Assembly (NCBI GenBank): GCA_019828565.1 | Contig: JAHDYR010000012.1 | Coordinates: 1,297,780-1,361,779 of the forward strand | Length of the DNA: 64,000 nt | Direction of reading: 5' to 3' | Source of the DNA: Carpediemonas membranifera BICM | Lineage: Eukaryota > Protista > Fornicata | Shown here: in pieces, positions 1 to 11,815 of the stretch | Position numbering within the stretch: the stretch's first letter is position 1 | Layout: each line of letters starts with the position of its first letter | Translations under genes and position numbers: made by a program | The notes under the pieces: model-generated | The model's input: the letters and a program-made list of their open reading frames with translations, nothing else | Database searches by the model: none | Told to the model about the DNA's origin: nothing

Positions 1-1452
1 AGTAATCGCATCGTCTCCTGATCACGTAGCGAGTAATCGCGCCTAGGCAGCAAAGCGCGCGAAGGACGCTCGCATTCCGCCTTTAGCGCCGCATGCCGCA
101 TTGATCTTGGTCACATTAGCTCCTTCTTCTCGAACTCAGTGGTTTCTTCCCAGCCAAGTGAACAAGTCTAGCATCGTATATCGCCAAGAGACGTTAAATG
201 GTTACTAAAAGTTTATGTATATCGCCTGCGGCTTGTAAGCACTCACACCGTGACTACCACCAGCCGTCATCACACCCCTAGCCCTACCCACACGTCCATT
301 CTCGCCGATGCTGATTAAATCGTCCGGCCAGCGAGCCTTTCGCAAATTTAATATGGCCAAGAGACGTTATCTGCGGCTAAAACGAGCCCCATATAACCCC
401 CTATGAAGTTATATACGGAGAAATCATCGCCGATTTTCACGTTTTCGGCGAGCTCCGGCCAAGGGTCCAGGAGTCAGCTTTGGGGAAGGTCTGTGGTGCT
501 ATAACGTACCTCGGGACGCACTGTGGAGGCCCCTAGAGTACTCGGTCATGGCATGTCAGACCAAGGGTCCCTCAAATCTGGCCCCATTCAGGATGCTCCC
601 CCTAAATGTTCCGTTGCAAGCGTCTGACGGAGGTTCTCTGGATACCGACCAAGATGGAGGTCACGTGGATCAACGGACGATAATTGCGGTATTCTGGCCA
701 TGCCTGGTACTTTCAAATCATCTGTACTGATCTATGCTCCATTTATAGTTCATATCGTATGGACGTGGTGGACTTCTATGGTACTTGATGTTGTTTAGGG
801 ATTATTGTTGCTTTAATGATGCTCTGCGCTCGCTTACTGATGTTTCTTAATGTTGTGTACATGCCTACTACGTTAAAGCCGCCAGCATTCTTTCTATTCT
901 TAAGTTCGCCATTTCCAATCTCGTTGCGAGCATAAAGTGCGCGAATGCGCGGGTCGTTCCCCCGTTTTCAGCGAAGCTGATGCGACAACACAGAGGCAAG
1001 CGAATCCTTACACCCCCAGGCGTCGCCAGGAAGCCGTTGTCTGCTGCCATGAACACTAAGCAGTGGTGAGATAAACGGAATTCAGACTCTTTCTGCCTGC
1101 ACGACCTCAAATTTTGACTCCTCGGCACCGAAAAGGCACCTATATCCATGAATACCCTCTACAGTGATGTATCCACCCGATAAATGGATTTCAAATTTGT
1201 CGGGTCTCATGATAAATGGATTTCAGACTTTCGTACTGTTGGCCATCTGAGAATTTATGAACGACCTCTAGAATATTTTTTTGAAATGCAAGAACGTGCC
1301 TATGGCACTCTTTTTGTACCCTGAACACGGTTTGACCACTGTTTTGGGCATTTGGAGAGATTCGAATTTTTGTGCATGACGAAAGTCTGAAATCCGTATA
1401 TCGATGGAAGGAAGCCCGCAGGAGATGGAAACAACCATGGAAGCTGTGAAGA

Positions 1453-2636
1453 ATGCTTGGTTGTGCACCATCAGCAAAGAAATCTTCCCGGAAAGCGGCC
1501 GCAAACAACCTTTCGCGGTTCGTTCAATTCGTACAACGTGAGCGAGGGAGTACCGAGGACGAAGCGCTCTCCGTGATCCGATCCGAGGAGGTTAGATCGC
1601 TTGTGCCCGGTTTTGCTGCATCATTGAACAAGGCAACCGCTGCTGTCACTCTCAGTGCCGTCAACTCATTCCGAAACTCCGGCAGAGACAATGTCAAGCC
1701 GCTTGGGCAGTTTGAGCCTGTCGCATCGGAAGCTATTGTCCGACTAGTCTTCCCCTACAATGCGCTGGCTCTTATCATCAGCCACACGGGCATGACAGCT
1801 ATTTCCGCCCGCGATATTGACATCAGTGAGCGAGCTCTTCAGCTTCCCGAAGAGCTCGCTGCCTGGATAGTATTCTCCAAGGCCTCATCCGCACTGTCTC
1901 ATGTAGCGCCGAGCACCTTCTCGGAGGCTCTCAAGCAGGTCGGGCTCAGTGTCAACCAGCTTCGCTATGCGCCCCCCGGTGCATGTCGATGTCAACCAGC
2001 TTAAGACGCGGGAGATTGAGAGAGAGAGACGGACTGGCAGGCCCAGAGACTTGACCAAGGTTCGGAAGGTCATTATGGACAAGCGCATCAGCCTCACCGA
2101 TGATCAGTTCCGCCACCAGCTGGCAACCAGCCACCTGACGACCCTGCAGCGCCCGACGATCTTTGATCTCAACCCGGAGATCACAAGCTCTGCCGACCTG
2201 GTGCCGCCGATGCTCGATGGCTGGCTTTTACAACAGGCTCAAGGCCAGAATGATCGAGCTTCACGATACTAAGAAGAAAGAGAGGCAGAGCGAGGCTGAC
2301 AAGGAGGCGGAGTTCGGCTCGCTGACTCGCGAGACAGAGATGCCAGAGGGCGAGAGAGAGGGCGATACTGACGAGGAGGCGGTGTCCGACGAGCCAGCTT
2401 ACCAGGCAGAGTGGATGCACTACGAGGTGCCAGCTCGCGAGGAGAGCGAGGAGGGCGCCTTTGGTGAGGAGGTGGACTTATGCAAGAGTGCCGATGAGGA
2501 ACCAAAGATCGACCACGACGAGCATGGCGGGGAGGTGGCGGGCAGAGATGGTGATGGGGAGATTCAAGAGAATGTGATTGATGAGGAGCGCTCAGAGAGC
2601 GATACTGCCGACAGTATCGTCTTTTCCTTCATCTGA
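1453..2636 (+). CDS. Hypothetical protein with acidic C-terminus (three overlapping ORFs, probably one frameshifted gene; 5' end uncertain)
   Basis: ORFs 1453-2004, 1949-2272 and 2163-2636 overlap consecutively near C and T runs; the last is E/D-rich. No family recognised. Confidence 0.35.
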
Positions 2637-2970
2637 CATTGTAAAGAGGAAGAGTTTATGATTGGAGCATAGCTGATGTCCATAAACACCATTCATAAGC
2701 CAGTCCTGGCTTGTTTTCCACTGCTACTTCTCTCGTTAGACGCACAGCTAGCTGTCGCGAAATGCACTTTAAGACCGAATTTCACACAGCTACCTGTGCA
2801 TGGTGTTCGAGCTAGATAGCGACAAGCTGGAGCGACTTACTTCCCTTACCTGGCAATAGTAGACAATATCTGCACGACTTTGAACCTGAAAAGCTGCAGG
2901 TCGTGATCAAAGTTGATGAGCATTATGGTATGGAGGTTCCCACCCCTGCTAGCGCTCAAGGACAGTCCGC

Positions 2971-3856
2971 ATGTCCTCCCCTGTCGTCGATACAGGTTTT
3001 GTCGACCGTGATCCAGCCTTCATGGCTCCTTTGGTCAACTGTACCCCCTTCGCTGGCATCTGCAAGGCTCACTCCAGCGTGCAGTTCCGCTATGTTTCGC
3101 ATCTGCTGCAGGCAGTATGCTACATGCATGACCACGGGGTTGTCCATTGCGATATTAAGCCAGACAACTTCCTCTTCAGCAAGAGTCAGAAGGGATACCT
3201 CATTGATTTTTGGGTCTGCAATGAGGAAGCCGGCTAATGGCGACGACAGGTGGGCCATACAACTGAGATTCGCATCCGAGTATCGCGGCACCCATGGATA
3301 TTTGCCCCCAGAGCTTTTCTACGAGTACCTTGTCTCGCGCTCAGTGATTCCTGCTGCACGCGACACCTCCAAGCTCGCGCGCATGACGGCAGGGGCTCTT
3401 TCCGTCACTTCTTATGTCGTGACACCTGCATCGGACATTTACTCTTGCGGTATTGTCATTATGATGCTCGTTAACGGTCTCTCTAAGTCCCCCTTTGCCG
3501 CGAAGGTGACTGACATGGGTGCAAACATGGCGCAGATCGACAACAAGAAGAAGAAAAAGATGCTGAAGCTTGGTAGCTTGCTGAACTGGTGCCAATTCTA
3601 TGGTGGGCAGTTGCAGTTGTCACCTCAGGCACAGACACATTTCAAAGATTGCCTCGAGTGTGTCAACGTGAACTCTGAGCTCCCGATTCGCGGCACCACG
3701 CCACCTACTTGTCTCAGCCTGTACGACCTGGCAATGCAGATGCTCCACTTCGACCCTGCGAAGCGTCCCACTGCTGCCGAATGTCTTGACAAGCTCAAGG
3801 TCATCATGCGCGTGCATGAATGCGTCGCCAAGCCGAGTCCGCTTCCTGTTAGATGA
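2971..3856 (+). CDS. Ser/Thr protein kinase (frameshifted; N-lobe not resolved)
   Basis: VVHCDIKPDNFL catalytic loop in ORF 2971. Removing one T from the T5 run at ~3207 restores DFGSA and joins to GTHGYLPPE, DIYSCG and DPAKRPTA in ORF 2903-3856. Confidence 0.85.
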
Positions 3857-4109
3857 TACAGAAGAGGTCACCCTGTCTGCAGCTCAGCGAAAGAGACTGA
3901 CCGACTGCTGTCAGCGAGGGTTTGAGGGTCAAGTCTTCTATCGGCGCTGCATAGTGTGTGGTAGAGACCTTCATGGACGCGAGAACGTCAGCTGTGACAC
4001 ATGCCACAAGGGATACAGGCAGGTGAGCACCAATAAGTGCGCAAAAGGTGTGCGCGGAAGACTGCACAGGCAGTTTATTGCAATGATTGAGCGGACGAAA
4101 AGAGATTGA
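3857..4109 (+). CDS. Cys-rich (CxxC...CxxC) zinc-ribbon-like segment, possibly the kinase C-terminal exon
   Basis: RRCIVCG...SCDTCH directly after the kinase ORF; resembles the C-terminus of ORF 8345-9352. Confidence 0.35.
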
Positions 4110-4223
4110 TACTTTCTGTGATGCAGGAATGAGATCAATGCTGCTGACAGGTCTCGAGATGGCAGAGGTGCTGGAGAAGAGAGAGCAGAAACAGAATCAG
4201 AAGTAAATGTCCTAAGGAGATGT

Positions 4224-4689
4224 AACAGAAGTAGCAAGCAATGTTTAATAACGTATGAACAGTCCTTTTGATGTTGTTTAGTGATTTTTGTGCATTAACG
4301 ACCGAGAACAGTGGAGTGCAACGCAGATGTTGGTTATTGATGGTAGATGGCGCGCTTTTTGACGACAGCTGGTTGCTTTTTGCAGTATAAAGAACCGCAT
4401 AGCTGCCACTAGTTCCTTCCAATAATGCTTTCCCGCCATTTTGAGGTTGGAATAAAAATTCCAAGCACCGTGCACTTTATGTAATTGCCCAATATCAACG
4501 CCACCCCCGCCCCCCAGCGCCTCCACGCCCCACGCCAACGCCACCTCCGCCCCCTGGCGCTCAGTTCAGGAGATGTCCGGTCGATAAGCCATAAACTGCA
4601 CGGATCCACAAACGTGGATTGGCCTGAACGACAGCGCTGAGGCCCAAACAGGTGGTGAGACATTAAAAAGACTCATTTGCAATCCATTT
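4224..4689. repeat. Dispersed ~465-bp repeat, copy 1
   Basis: Near identical to 6041-6502 and 7950-8323; contains a C-rich tract and an ATCCAC-AAAC-GTGGAT hairpin. Confidence 0.95.
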
Positions 4690-5902
4690 TACTCAGTCCT
4701 CACCCTCTTACCACTTGTCTCGATCTCTGAATCATCCTCTATTGTGTTGTCCGCATGCTTCTGCTTTTCGGGCGACTCATGGGTCACCGCCGCGGTTTGT
4801 CCGAGACCAAATGCCATTCTTGCAAACGCCATAAGGTCTGGCGGGAATGTACTGCTTGTCGTCAGAGCATTGTAGATCTCAGGACGGATATCTTTCGCCG
4901 TTGAGTAAAACCATGCACAGATGACTGTGAACAATGAGGGTGCTCAAGCCCCTGACTGTATCGTTATCCTTCGGGATCATTCGGTTCTTCAGCAAGGAAG
5001 TGAAGTCGGCGAAGTGGATGATGATGACACCAATGATGTTGTGGAACTTTGACATCATGCTTTCTGTCTCACCCATCAGTTTCAGACGCTCCACAACGTT
5101 GTTGTAGAAGGGGTCTTCGTTATGTTAAGGCGTGTGGAAAGTGCACCTTGCTTGTTCGCCTGGACAAAGATCCTCTGCTGCTGAAGAGCCACTGAGAGCA
5201 GGGCGTCGCTGGGGGCCACGTTTTCGTTATACTTAATCTTCTGGCTTGACAAACAGTCGTAGAGACAAAGCTGGTAAGCAATCCAGGCCCGAATAACTCG
5301 GACGTTGTTCTCCTGGAATGAGTGTTCCAGCTCGTGAAGGGTCGACTCACTGGCGTTGAAACCATCCATCCCAGAGATATCGATGGTAATGGCAGAGTTT
5401 TTCGGCACGCTGCGAATCCACGTTTCAAGGCTTGTCTCTTCCTGGCGGCTGAGGTTCTTGAGTGGTACGATGACCTGCTGTTGTGTCGGGGCAGGCGTAC
5501 CAGCGCGTCGCGGCGCCAGCTGTCTCAGCTTCTTTGTCTGCACCTTCTTCTTCGCAGACTTGGTGGTCTTGGGCTGAAGCTTGGATGCAGGCTTGGCGGT
5601 TTCTCCTACCGCGACAGGCACATCTTCAATGGGCTCTTGGGGAATCTCCGCCAGGAGATCTAGCTCTTCATGATAGACGGGCTGTCGGCGAAGAGATCGC
5701 GCAAGAAACGGTCGAATGCTCTGTCAAACTCACCAGAAATGACCGCGGCGATCTTTCGGGCCTGTCTGTTGTTTCTTTCTGATGGGACAGGGCCACAAGT
5801 AAGCTCAATAGCAGCAATAAGCTGCTGCAAATGCAGTTCTGACTCCAGAGTGTCCATTGCTGCATAAGCTGCACATGAATCCAGCCTGGTCGATTCCTTC
5901 AC
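4689..5902 (-). CDS. Hypothetical protein, fragmented into four overlapping or adjacent ORFs
   Basis: ORFs 5660-5902, 5082-5621, 4879-5094 and 4689-4934 tile the interval between repeat copies 1 and 2; the stop codon abuts the repeat. Confidence 0.4.
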
Positions 5903-6040
5903 GCGGCAGACAAGAAGAGAGACGTGCCAGGCATGGCACTCTCTGGCAATGGCAAGTCTTCAACGGGAAGCCGCGAACGCCTCGTTGATCTGTCTTGGCA
6001 TTTGTTGAGGACAACACAGCTGTAAACGACAATAAGATGA

Positions 6041-6502
6041 AACAGAAGTAGCAAGCAATGTTTAATAACGTATGAACAGTCCTTTTGATGTTGTTTAGTG
6101 ATTTTGTGCATTAACGACCGAGAACAGTGGAGTGCAACGCAGATGTTGGTTATTGATGGTAGATGGCGCGCTTTTGACGACAGCTGGTTGCTTTTGCAGT
6201 ATAAAGAACCGCATAGCTGCCACTAGTTCCTTCCAATAATGCTTTCCCGCCATTTTGAGGTTGGAATAAAATTCCAAGCACCGTGCACTTTATGTAATTG
6301 CCCAATATCAACGCCACCCCCGCCCCCCAGCGCCTCCACGCCCCACGCCAACGCCACCTCCGCCCCCTGGCGCTCAGTTCAGGAGATGTCCGGTCGATAA
6401 GCCATAAACTGCACGGATCCACAAACGTGGATTGGCCTGAACGACAGCGCTGAGGCCCAAACAGGTGGTGAGACATTAAAAAGACTCATTTGCAATCCAT
6501 TT
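6041..6502. repeat. Dispersed ~465-bp repeat, copy 2
   Basis: Direct repeat of 4224-4689, differing mainly in homopolymer lengths. Confidence 0.95.
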
Positions 6503-6522
6503 AACCACATCACTCTCTCTGA

Positions 6523-7125
6523 TCATTCATATTTGAAGGTTAGGGCATTAACAACCATGTGATCCTTCGCGCTGGAGTTAAGACGATAAATGATGTAGTA
6601 GGTAAACTCTTCTTCATCGATCTTCTCGTCAACAAGCGCCTTATACCAAACCATGAACTCATTGGGAACGGTGACCATCACGAAGACAATCTTGCGTTCA
6701 ATATCAGAGACACGGAAGGGGAAGTGCTGAGTCGCAAAGTCAGCTAGCGTCCTGCCGCTACAGGAAAGGGCGATCTTGCCCCAATGCAGGAACTCCAAGT
6801 GACGCTGCATGACGCTTGATGCTCGCTCAATGCTCGATACATGCTCGACACCACGAGAGGAAGATGATATTGTTCTCGTGATGCTGTCCGTACCCGAGCA
6901 CCGCACAACTCCGTCTCCATAGCTCTCCTGCAGAGCAGCCGTTTTCTCGTTGTAAATCGTCGCCGCGTTCTCTGTAGTTAGCCAGAACATCACAAATCGT
7001 TCCACACAGGAATCCTCGATCATGTTGATGCATTGACTTGCGGTCTCTATCTTACCACGCTTTATAGTGGTGTATAGAGCCGCAAGATGCTCAAATGCGA
7101 TCCACTGTTGGCTGTCTGTCGTCAT
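6523..7125 (-). CDS. Hypothetical protein (200 aa)
   Basis: Uninterrupted ATG-started ORF with globular composition; no family recognised. Confidence 0.55.
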   Translation of the reverse strand: MTTDSQQWIAFEHLAALYTTIKRGKIETASQCINMIEDSCVERFVMFWLTTENAATIYNEKTAALQESYGDGVVRCSGTDSITRTISSSSRGVEHVSSIERASSVMQRHLEFLHWGKIALSCSGRTLADFATQHFPFRVSDIERKIVFVMVTVPNEFMVWYKALVDEKIDEEEFTYYIIYRLNSSAKDHMVVNALTFKYE

Positions 7126-7179
7126 CGTTCAAATCCGATGTGCAGGTTATGGAACAGAGAGCGAGTTTCGCAATTGTGA

Positions 7180-7909
7180 GTGACAACAGGAATGCACACT
7201 ATCATGATCCCGCATGTTGCTACAGATGGATCAGAGGAAGAGGAGAACATTACAATGTCTTTAGATGATTACGAGAAATTGATGTCTCTGAAAAAGCTCT
7301 CTAAGGAGGATAGAGAGCAGTTCCTCGGTGCAGGTGGCAAGAAGGCGGACTCTGAGCATGCAGGCGAAGAACTACTTGAGAACGGCATCGCTAAGACCGC
7401 AGATGGGATCCTTCTTGAGCCACAGAAGTCCCTCATGGGCACCGATGTTGGCCAAGGGGTCATCTCGTCGCACCGAATCGACGTCGGTTCTCTGGTCGGT
7501 GTCTATGCTGGTGAGGTCATCCATGAGCGCCAGTCAAATGGTAACTACGACTACCTCATCGATGGAACCCAGTTTTGCGTCAGCGCCAACCCTGAAACAA
7601 TCGGTGTCCATCGCATCAACGACAACCCTGGTCGTGACCAATGTGCAGTGCCACATTGGTCACGTTCTTGTTCGTGTTGCTGCTGATGAGACGAAACTGC
7701 TCCCGCTTCTCTTCTTCGTGTGCGTTCGAACAATTCACCCCTACGAATATTTATCACTCGAGTACGACCATCACTACTGGGCCCAAGGAGAGTGGGAGCG
7801 ACTTCCGCTGTTCGTTGTGTCGTTCAAGCGCCTTGCCCAGAACGCATCCCTCCATGGTATATCTTCTGCCCGAGAGACGGCGCGTCAGTACCTGCGCCTG
7901 GCTGAATAG
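7180..7909 (+). CDS. SET-domain lysine methyltransferase-like protein (one frameshift near 7635)
   Basis: GQGVISSHRIDVGSLVGVYAGEVI and RINDN in ORF 7180; FFVCVRTIHPYEYLSLEYDHHYW (pseudoknot motif ELxxDY...YW) in ORF 7328. Confidence 0.75.
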
Positions 7910-7949
7910 GTAAACGGACGTCTATAGTATCTATCTTTTTGTTCCTTTC

Positions 7950-8323
7950 TGATGTTGTTTAGTGATTTTGTGCATTAACGACCGAGAACAGTGGAGTGCA
8001 ACGCAGATGTTGGTTATTGATGGTAGATGGCGCGCTTTTGACGACAGCTGGTTGCTTTTGCAGTATAAAGAACCGCATAGCTGCCACTAGTTCCTTCCAA
8101 TAATGCTTTCCCGCCATTTTGAGGTTGGAATGAAATTCCAAGCACCGTGCACTTTATGTAATTGCCCAATATCAACGCCACCCCCGCCCCCAGCGCCTCC
8201 ACGCCCCACGCCAACGCCACCTCCGCCCCCCTGGCGCTCAGTTCAGGAGATGTCCGGTCGATAAGCCATAAACTGCACGGATCCACAAACGTGGATTGGC
8301 CTGAACGACAGCGCTGAGGCCCA
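7950..8323. repeat. Dispersed repeat, copy 3 (~375 bp, shortened at both ends)
   Basis: Matches the core of copies 1 and 2 from TGATGTTGTTTAG to GAGGCCCA. Confidence 0.95.
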
Positions 8324-8344
8324 GACATGCACATATACATTCAT

Positions 8345-9352
8345 TTATTCCTGTCTCGCTCTCTTGCCTGTCTGATCGCGACGTTTGACCCACTCAAATG
8401 CCTCATCTGTGAGGTAGACAGAGACGTCGCGAGTATTCCCAGTCCTAACCTTCCGAATCAACGTTCGGCAAGGATCTTTGGGTGTCGTCGTTGAGGTACG
8501 ACGGCAAGCCCACTCTGAGGTCTCGCATGAGCCCCCGCACACGATGCAACGTCCTGACAGGACAAGCGGGGGGTCATGCGTTCTGGCCATAGCTAGCTGG
8601 TCCACCTGGCTAGCAGTCAGTGTGCGGGACATGAGCGTACCGCGCGTCTTGCCCGTGTCTTCGGGCCTGGGCCTCGGCTCATCCAGGTCTCCGACGTCCG
8701 AAGTCGTCATCGTTGCCTGCTCCAAAGTGGTGGGCTCCGGCTGAGACCTGACACCTGGCAGCCTGAGCATGGTCTTACGGCCGCCGCTACGCAGCCTCTC
8801 AATCTCATCCTCAAGAATGCTGACCTTCTTCGTCAGAGCATGATGTTCACTTGTCGCAACGAGCGACACTGGCGACTTAAGCAGCGCGATGAACGCCCTG
8901 ACGTTATCGTGCAATGGAACCGAGAAGGCCTGGGCCAAGCTCTCGACCAGCTCCAGGACCTTGGGCAGGGTGTCGGGCTCAAGCTCATTGTGAGCTGCGC
9001 GGTTCCGGTACTCAACGAGATCACGAATGATCTTGGCATGGGCTTTGTTGTACGCCGCTCGATTGGACATCTCACGAAGGATTCTTGATGAATCCACGTC
9101 CTGTTCGAGCTCTTTGCCGAGGAGGTCCTTCTCGGTGCTATTGGGCTTGCACCCGGGGTTAAATGCAGGCGAGGCCAAGATCTTCCGCATCCAAGGGACC
9201 ATCATGGCGAGCAGCTGAAGAACTCGCGCATTATCGCCAAGGATGCGGAGCTGCTCATCGTTCCATGGTGAAATGAACAGGTGATGATCTTGTCGAGCGG
9301 ATGATTGCCCTTTGAGAGGTGCTTGGCGATGCTTAGCGCGATATCGGTCCAT
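8345..9352 (-). CDS. Swt1-like HEPN-domain protein with C-terminal Cys motif
   Basis: Helical region DVDSSRIL...IRDLVEYRNRAAHNEL with an Rx4H motif, then a coiled coil and RCIVCG...C...C. Confidence 0.55.
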   Translation of the reverse strand: MDRYRAKHRQAPLKGQSSARQDHHLFISPWNDEQLRILGDNARVLQLLAMMVPWMRKILASPAFNPGCKPNSTEKDLLGKELEQDVDSSRILREMSNRAAYNKAHAKIIRDLVEYRNRAAHNELEPDTLPKVLELVESLAQAFSVPLHDNVRAFIALLKSPVSLVATSEHHALTKKVSILEDEIERLRSGGRKTMLRLPGVRSQPEPTTLEQATMTTSDVGDLDEPRPRPEDTGKTRGTLMSRTLTASQVDQLAMARTHDPPLVLSGRCIVCGGSCETSEWACRRTSTTTPKDPCRTLIRKVRTGNTRDVSVYLTDEAFEWVKRRDQTGKRARQE

Positions 9353-9672
9353 CCACAACTGTGGATGACGAGCAATTTAAGGTAGGTGCCGCATCAGTCA
9401 ATAACCCCGTGCTATCGTGCAATAGAACACAGTTAACACTGCTTTCCATGCGCAGCAACACAGCCTGTGGCGGAGAGACGCCCGGTATGGACGACACCAG
9501 GTGATCCACAAACGTGGATTGGCCAATTACGTCGGCCCCTCCCATCCCGCATCCCTCAGGATACGCAAGCACAAGCTCTCTCCCTGCAGCACCTCTCTGG
9601 CGCTCTCTAAAATCGTCGTATAGCGTAAACAGAATGTGCCGCATCAGTCATTCGTTCATTTTATTCCACTTA

Positions 9673-10860
9673 TCACTCTTGGTCATCCTCCTCATCACTC
9701 ACCTCCTCGCGGATACTGACATCATCACGAGCCTCGTCATCCGCGAGTGTCAATGGCTCTGTAATAGCGCGGGCAGCGTTGGTATACTCACCGTTGAACT
9801 GTCGCTGGCCTCTCTGAATGCGAGGAAAGCAATTCACGCACACCGGAACACGACGAGAAGGACGCTTCAACATGTCAGTTCCAGTGTCAAAAACGGTGTC
9901 CGCGATATGATCCGGACAGAACCAGTTGGAACAAAAGTAGCAGAGCATGCTGGGTCCATCCTTAATACTTCTACCACAGTCCGCTGCTTGGGTGGTCTCG
10001 GTTGGAGGTGTACGATGAAAGCACTCGTCGTTACCATTGATTGCCTTACAGTCATCGCAGATGGATATCTTCTGCTTATCGGCCCTGTTAGATGCCGGGT
10101 ATGCCATTCGCTCCTCCAAGTAGCCACTGACACAGCTATAATGGAAGTACCTCTCGCATTGTTGGCACTGCAGGGAGTTGTCGTCCTCAATCTTCAGCAG
10201 CAGATTCATCGGATCGTGACAGACCCCACAACACATGCGCAATGAGTTTCGTAGCTGCTGATAAGTGAAGTTGTCGAGTGCGTGGCGCCGGTTCATTCCT
10301 GTCTGGATAAGTGCCGTTGCCTGCGCCACACATGTGGAAAATTGGGAAGCGACTTGGTCGATGTGCGCTGCTTCCCGCTGTCTGTGTTCACTGGCCAGAT
10401 TGTCACGAACAGTTACGACCGACTGAGGGGCGGGTTGAGACTGTTTCCGAGCCCTCTTATCCTTCTTCTTCGAATAGGTCTGGAAGGGGATGCTGATGTA
10501 GCGCGAAACCGGAGGCTGCCATACCACAGTGCTAGTGGTACCTGATGCTGCCTGCAGGTTGTCCTGCAGCCTTGATAGGTTGATCTCGCCGAAGTCCTTG
10601 AGGAACACACCCTTGACCTTACCCTCGGTGTTGATCTGGTAAGACGAGGGGGCGAGTCCATCCAGAGCGTGGATAAGGGCATGACGAAGAGAACAAGCCA
10701 TCGCTTGCTTCTTCTTGTAGAGAGCTCGGATATCATCTGGCAGAATAGCCCAGCACACCTCTGAAACCGCAACAGGCATGGCTTGAGCACAATCGCGTTG
10801 AAAGTAGAATACTTCTTTTGCAATTGCAATCAGGATTTCTCGTTTTTGGGTCTTTTCCAT
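9673..10860 (-). CDS. PHD-finger protein with a second Cys/His zinc finger
   Basis: CGVC...CQQCERYFHYSC...CDDC (C4HC3), followed by CYFCSNWFCPDH...CVNC. Confidence 0.75.
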   Translation of the reverse strand: MEKTQKREILIAIAKEVFYFQRDCAQAMPVAVSEVCWAILPDDIRALYKKKQAMACSLRHALIHALDGLAPSSYQINTEGKVKGVFLKDFGEINLSRLQDNLQAASGTTSTVVWQPPVSRYISIPFQTYSKKKDKRARKQSQPAPQSVVTVRDNLASEHRQREAAHIDQVASQFSTCVAQATALIQTGMNRRHALDNFTYQQLRNSLRMCCGVCHDPMNLLLKIEDDNSLQCQQCERYFHYSCVSGYLEERMAYPASNRADKQKISICDDCKAINGNDECFHRTPPTETTQAADCGRSIKDGPSMLCYFCSNWFCPDHIADTVFDTGTDMLKRPSRRVPVCVNCFPRIQRGQRQFNGEYTNAARAITEPLTLADDEARDDVSIREEVSDEEDDQE

Positions 10861-11815
10861 GATGCCTGTATGTGCACTTTAAGGTTGAAGATTGCTCACA
10901 CAATTTGACTTTTCTTTATCGAATGGGATAAAGTTGAAGTAAATAAAGTACTATTCCGTTGCTAGGACAGCAAGGGGATGTTACAGTAGGAGTTTCAACA
11001 CTTTTTGAGAGGATACCCCTCAGAGGTGACAGTGCAACACCCGAAATTTTGTCTATACACGTCATATACAAGGTCTAATGCATCTTTGCCAACCACTTTT
11101 AGCGTTTGTATGTGTCAGACGATCGAGTTCTGAAGAGCGACTTTGGCCAAGTCATGCGACCTTATCCTGCACTGACGATACGGAAAACGATCATAAATAT
11201 TTTTTGTGACATCGACATGCGCTAATAATGTTTCCAGAGGTAGAACTAGGCTAGTAGAAGACTGTCACCCACTTTGGGGATGATCCGACGACATCGATCA
11301 AAATCAATCAAGGATTCCGGGACTTGATTCTGGGACTTTAAGTCCCGGTAAGAGTACCGGAAAACGCAGCATGTTGATGGCGCGGGCGAGGCGTTACAGC
11401 CGGGAAGACGACAGGCAGGGGAGAGGGCGGGGTCGTTGCTGACTCTCTCTCGGCTGAAATTGGCGAAGGCGACAAGATACACTCCTTGTCCTTTGCACCC
11501 TTCTCCTTCTTATCCTTCTTCCCTGATCTTTCTTGTAAGGCTTGTCGGTCTGTCTGTCAGAGTTGGTCTTCTTCTCGCCCGACGTCTCGCGGGTACTCAG
11601 CCCGGCGGATGGCCTCGAATGATACGATCGAATCCGGAATACTGTGTAGACGCTCCGAGTCGTTCAGGCCAAGGCACTCGAGGCCGAATGCCTTGGTGGA
11701 TGCGGACCAAGTCGTCGTGTGCCAACGCATAACGGCCAAGACGGTTACGCTCAGTCTCAGCCGTCTCGACCTCTTCTAGCTGCTGTACAAGCCACTTGAT
11801 GACTGCCTGGAGGTA

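Noticed and set aside
183-382. Short direct repeat GCCAAGAGACGTTA (183, 356) as a transposon subterminal repeat
   Set aside because: Only two copies, with no terminal structure or partner end visible.
4224-6502. Repeat copies 1 and 2 as LTRs of a retroelement
   Set aside because: No TG...CA ends, PPT, TSD or retroviral domains, and a third copy follows.
7684-7698. CTGATGAGACGAAAC resembling a hammerhead ribozyme core
   Set aside because: There is no room for stem II and no convincing stems I/III; it lies in the SET coding frame (ADETK).
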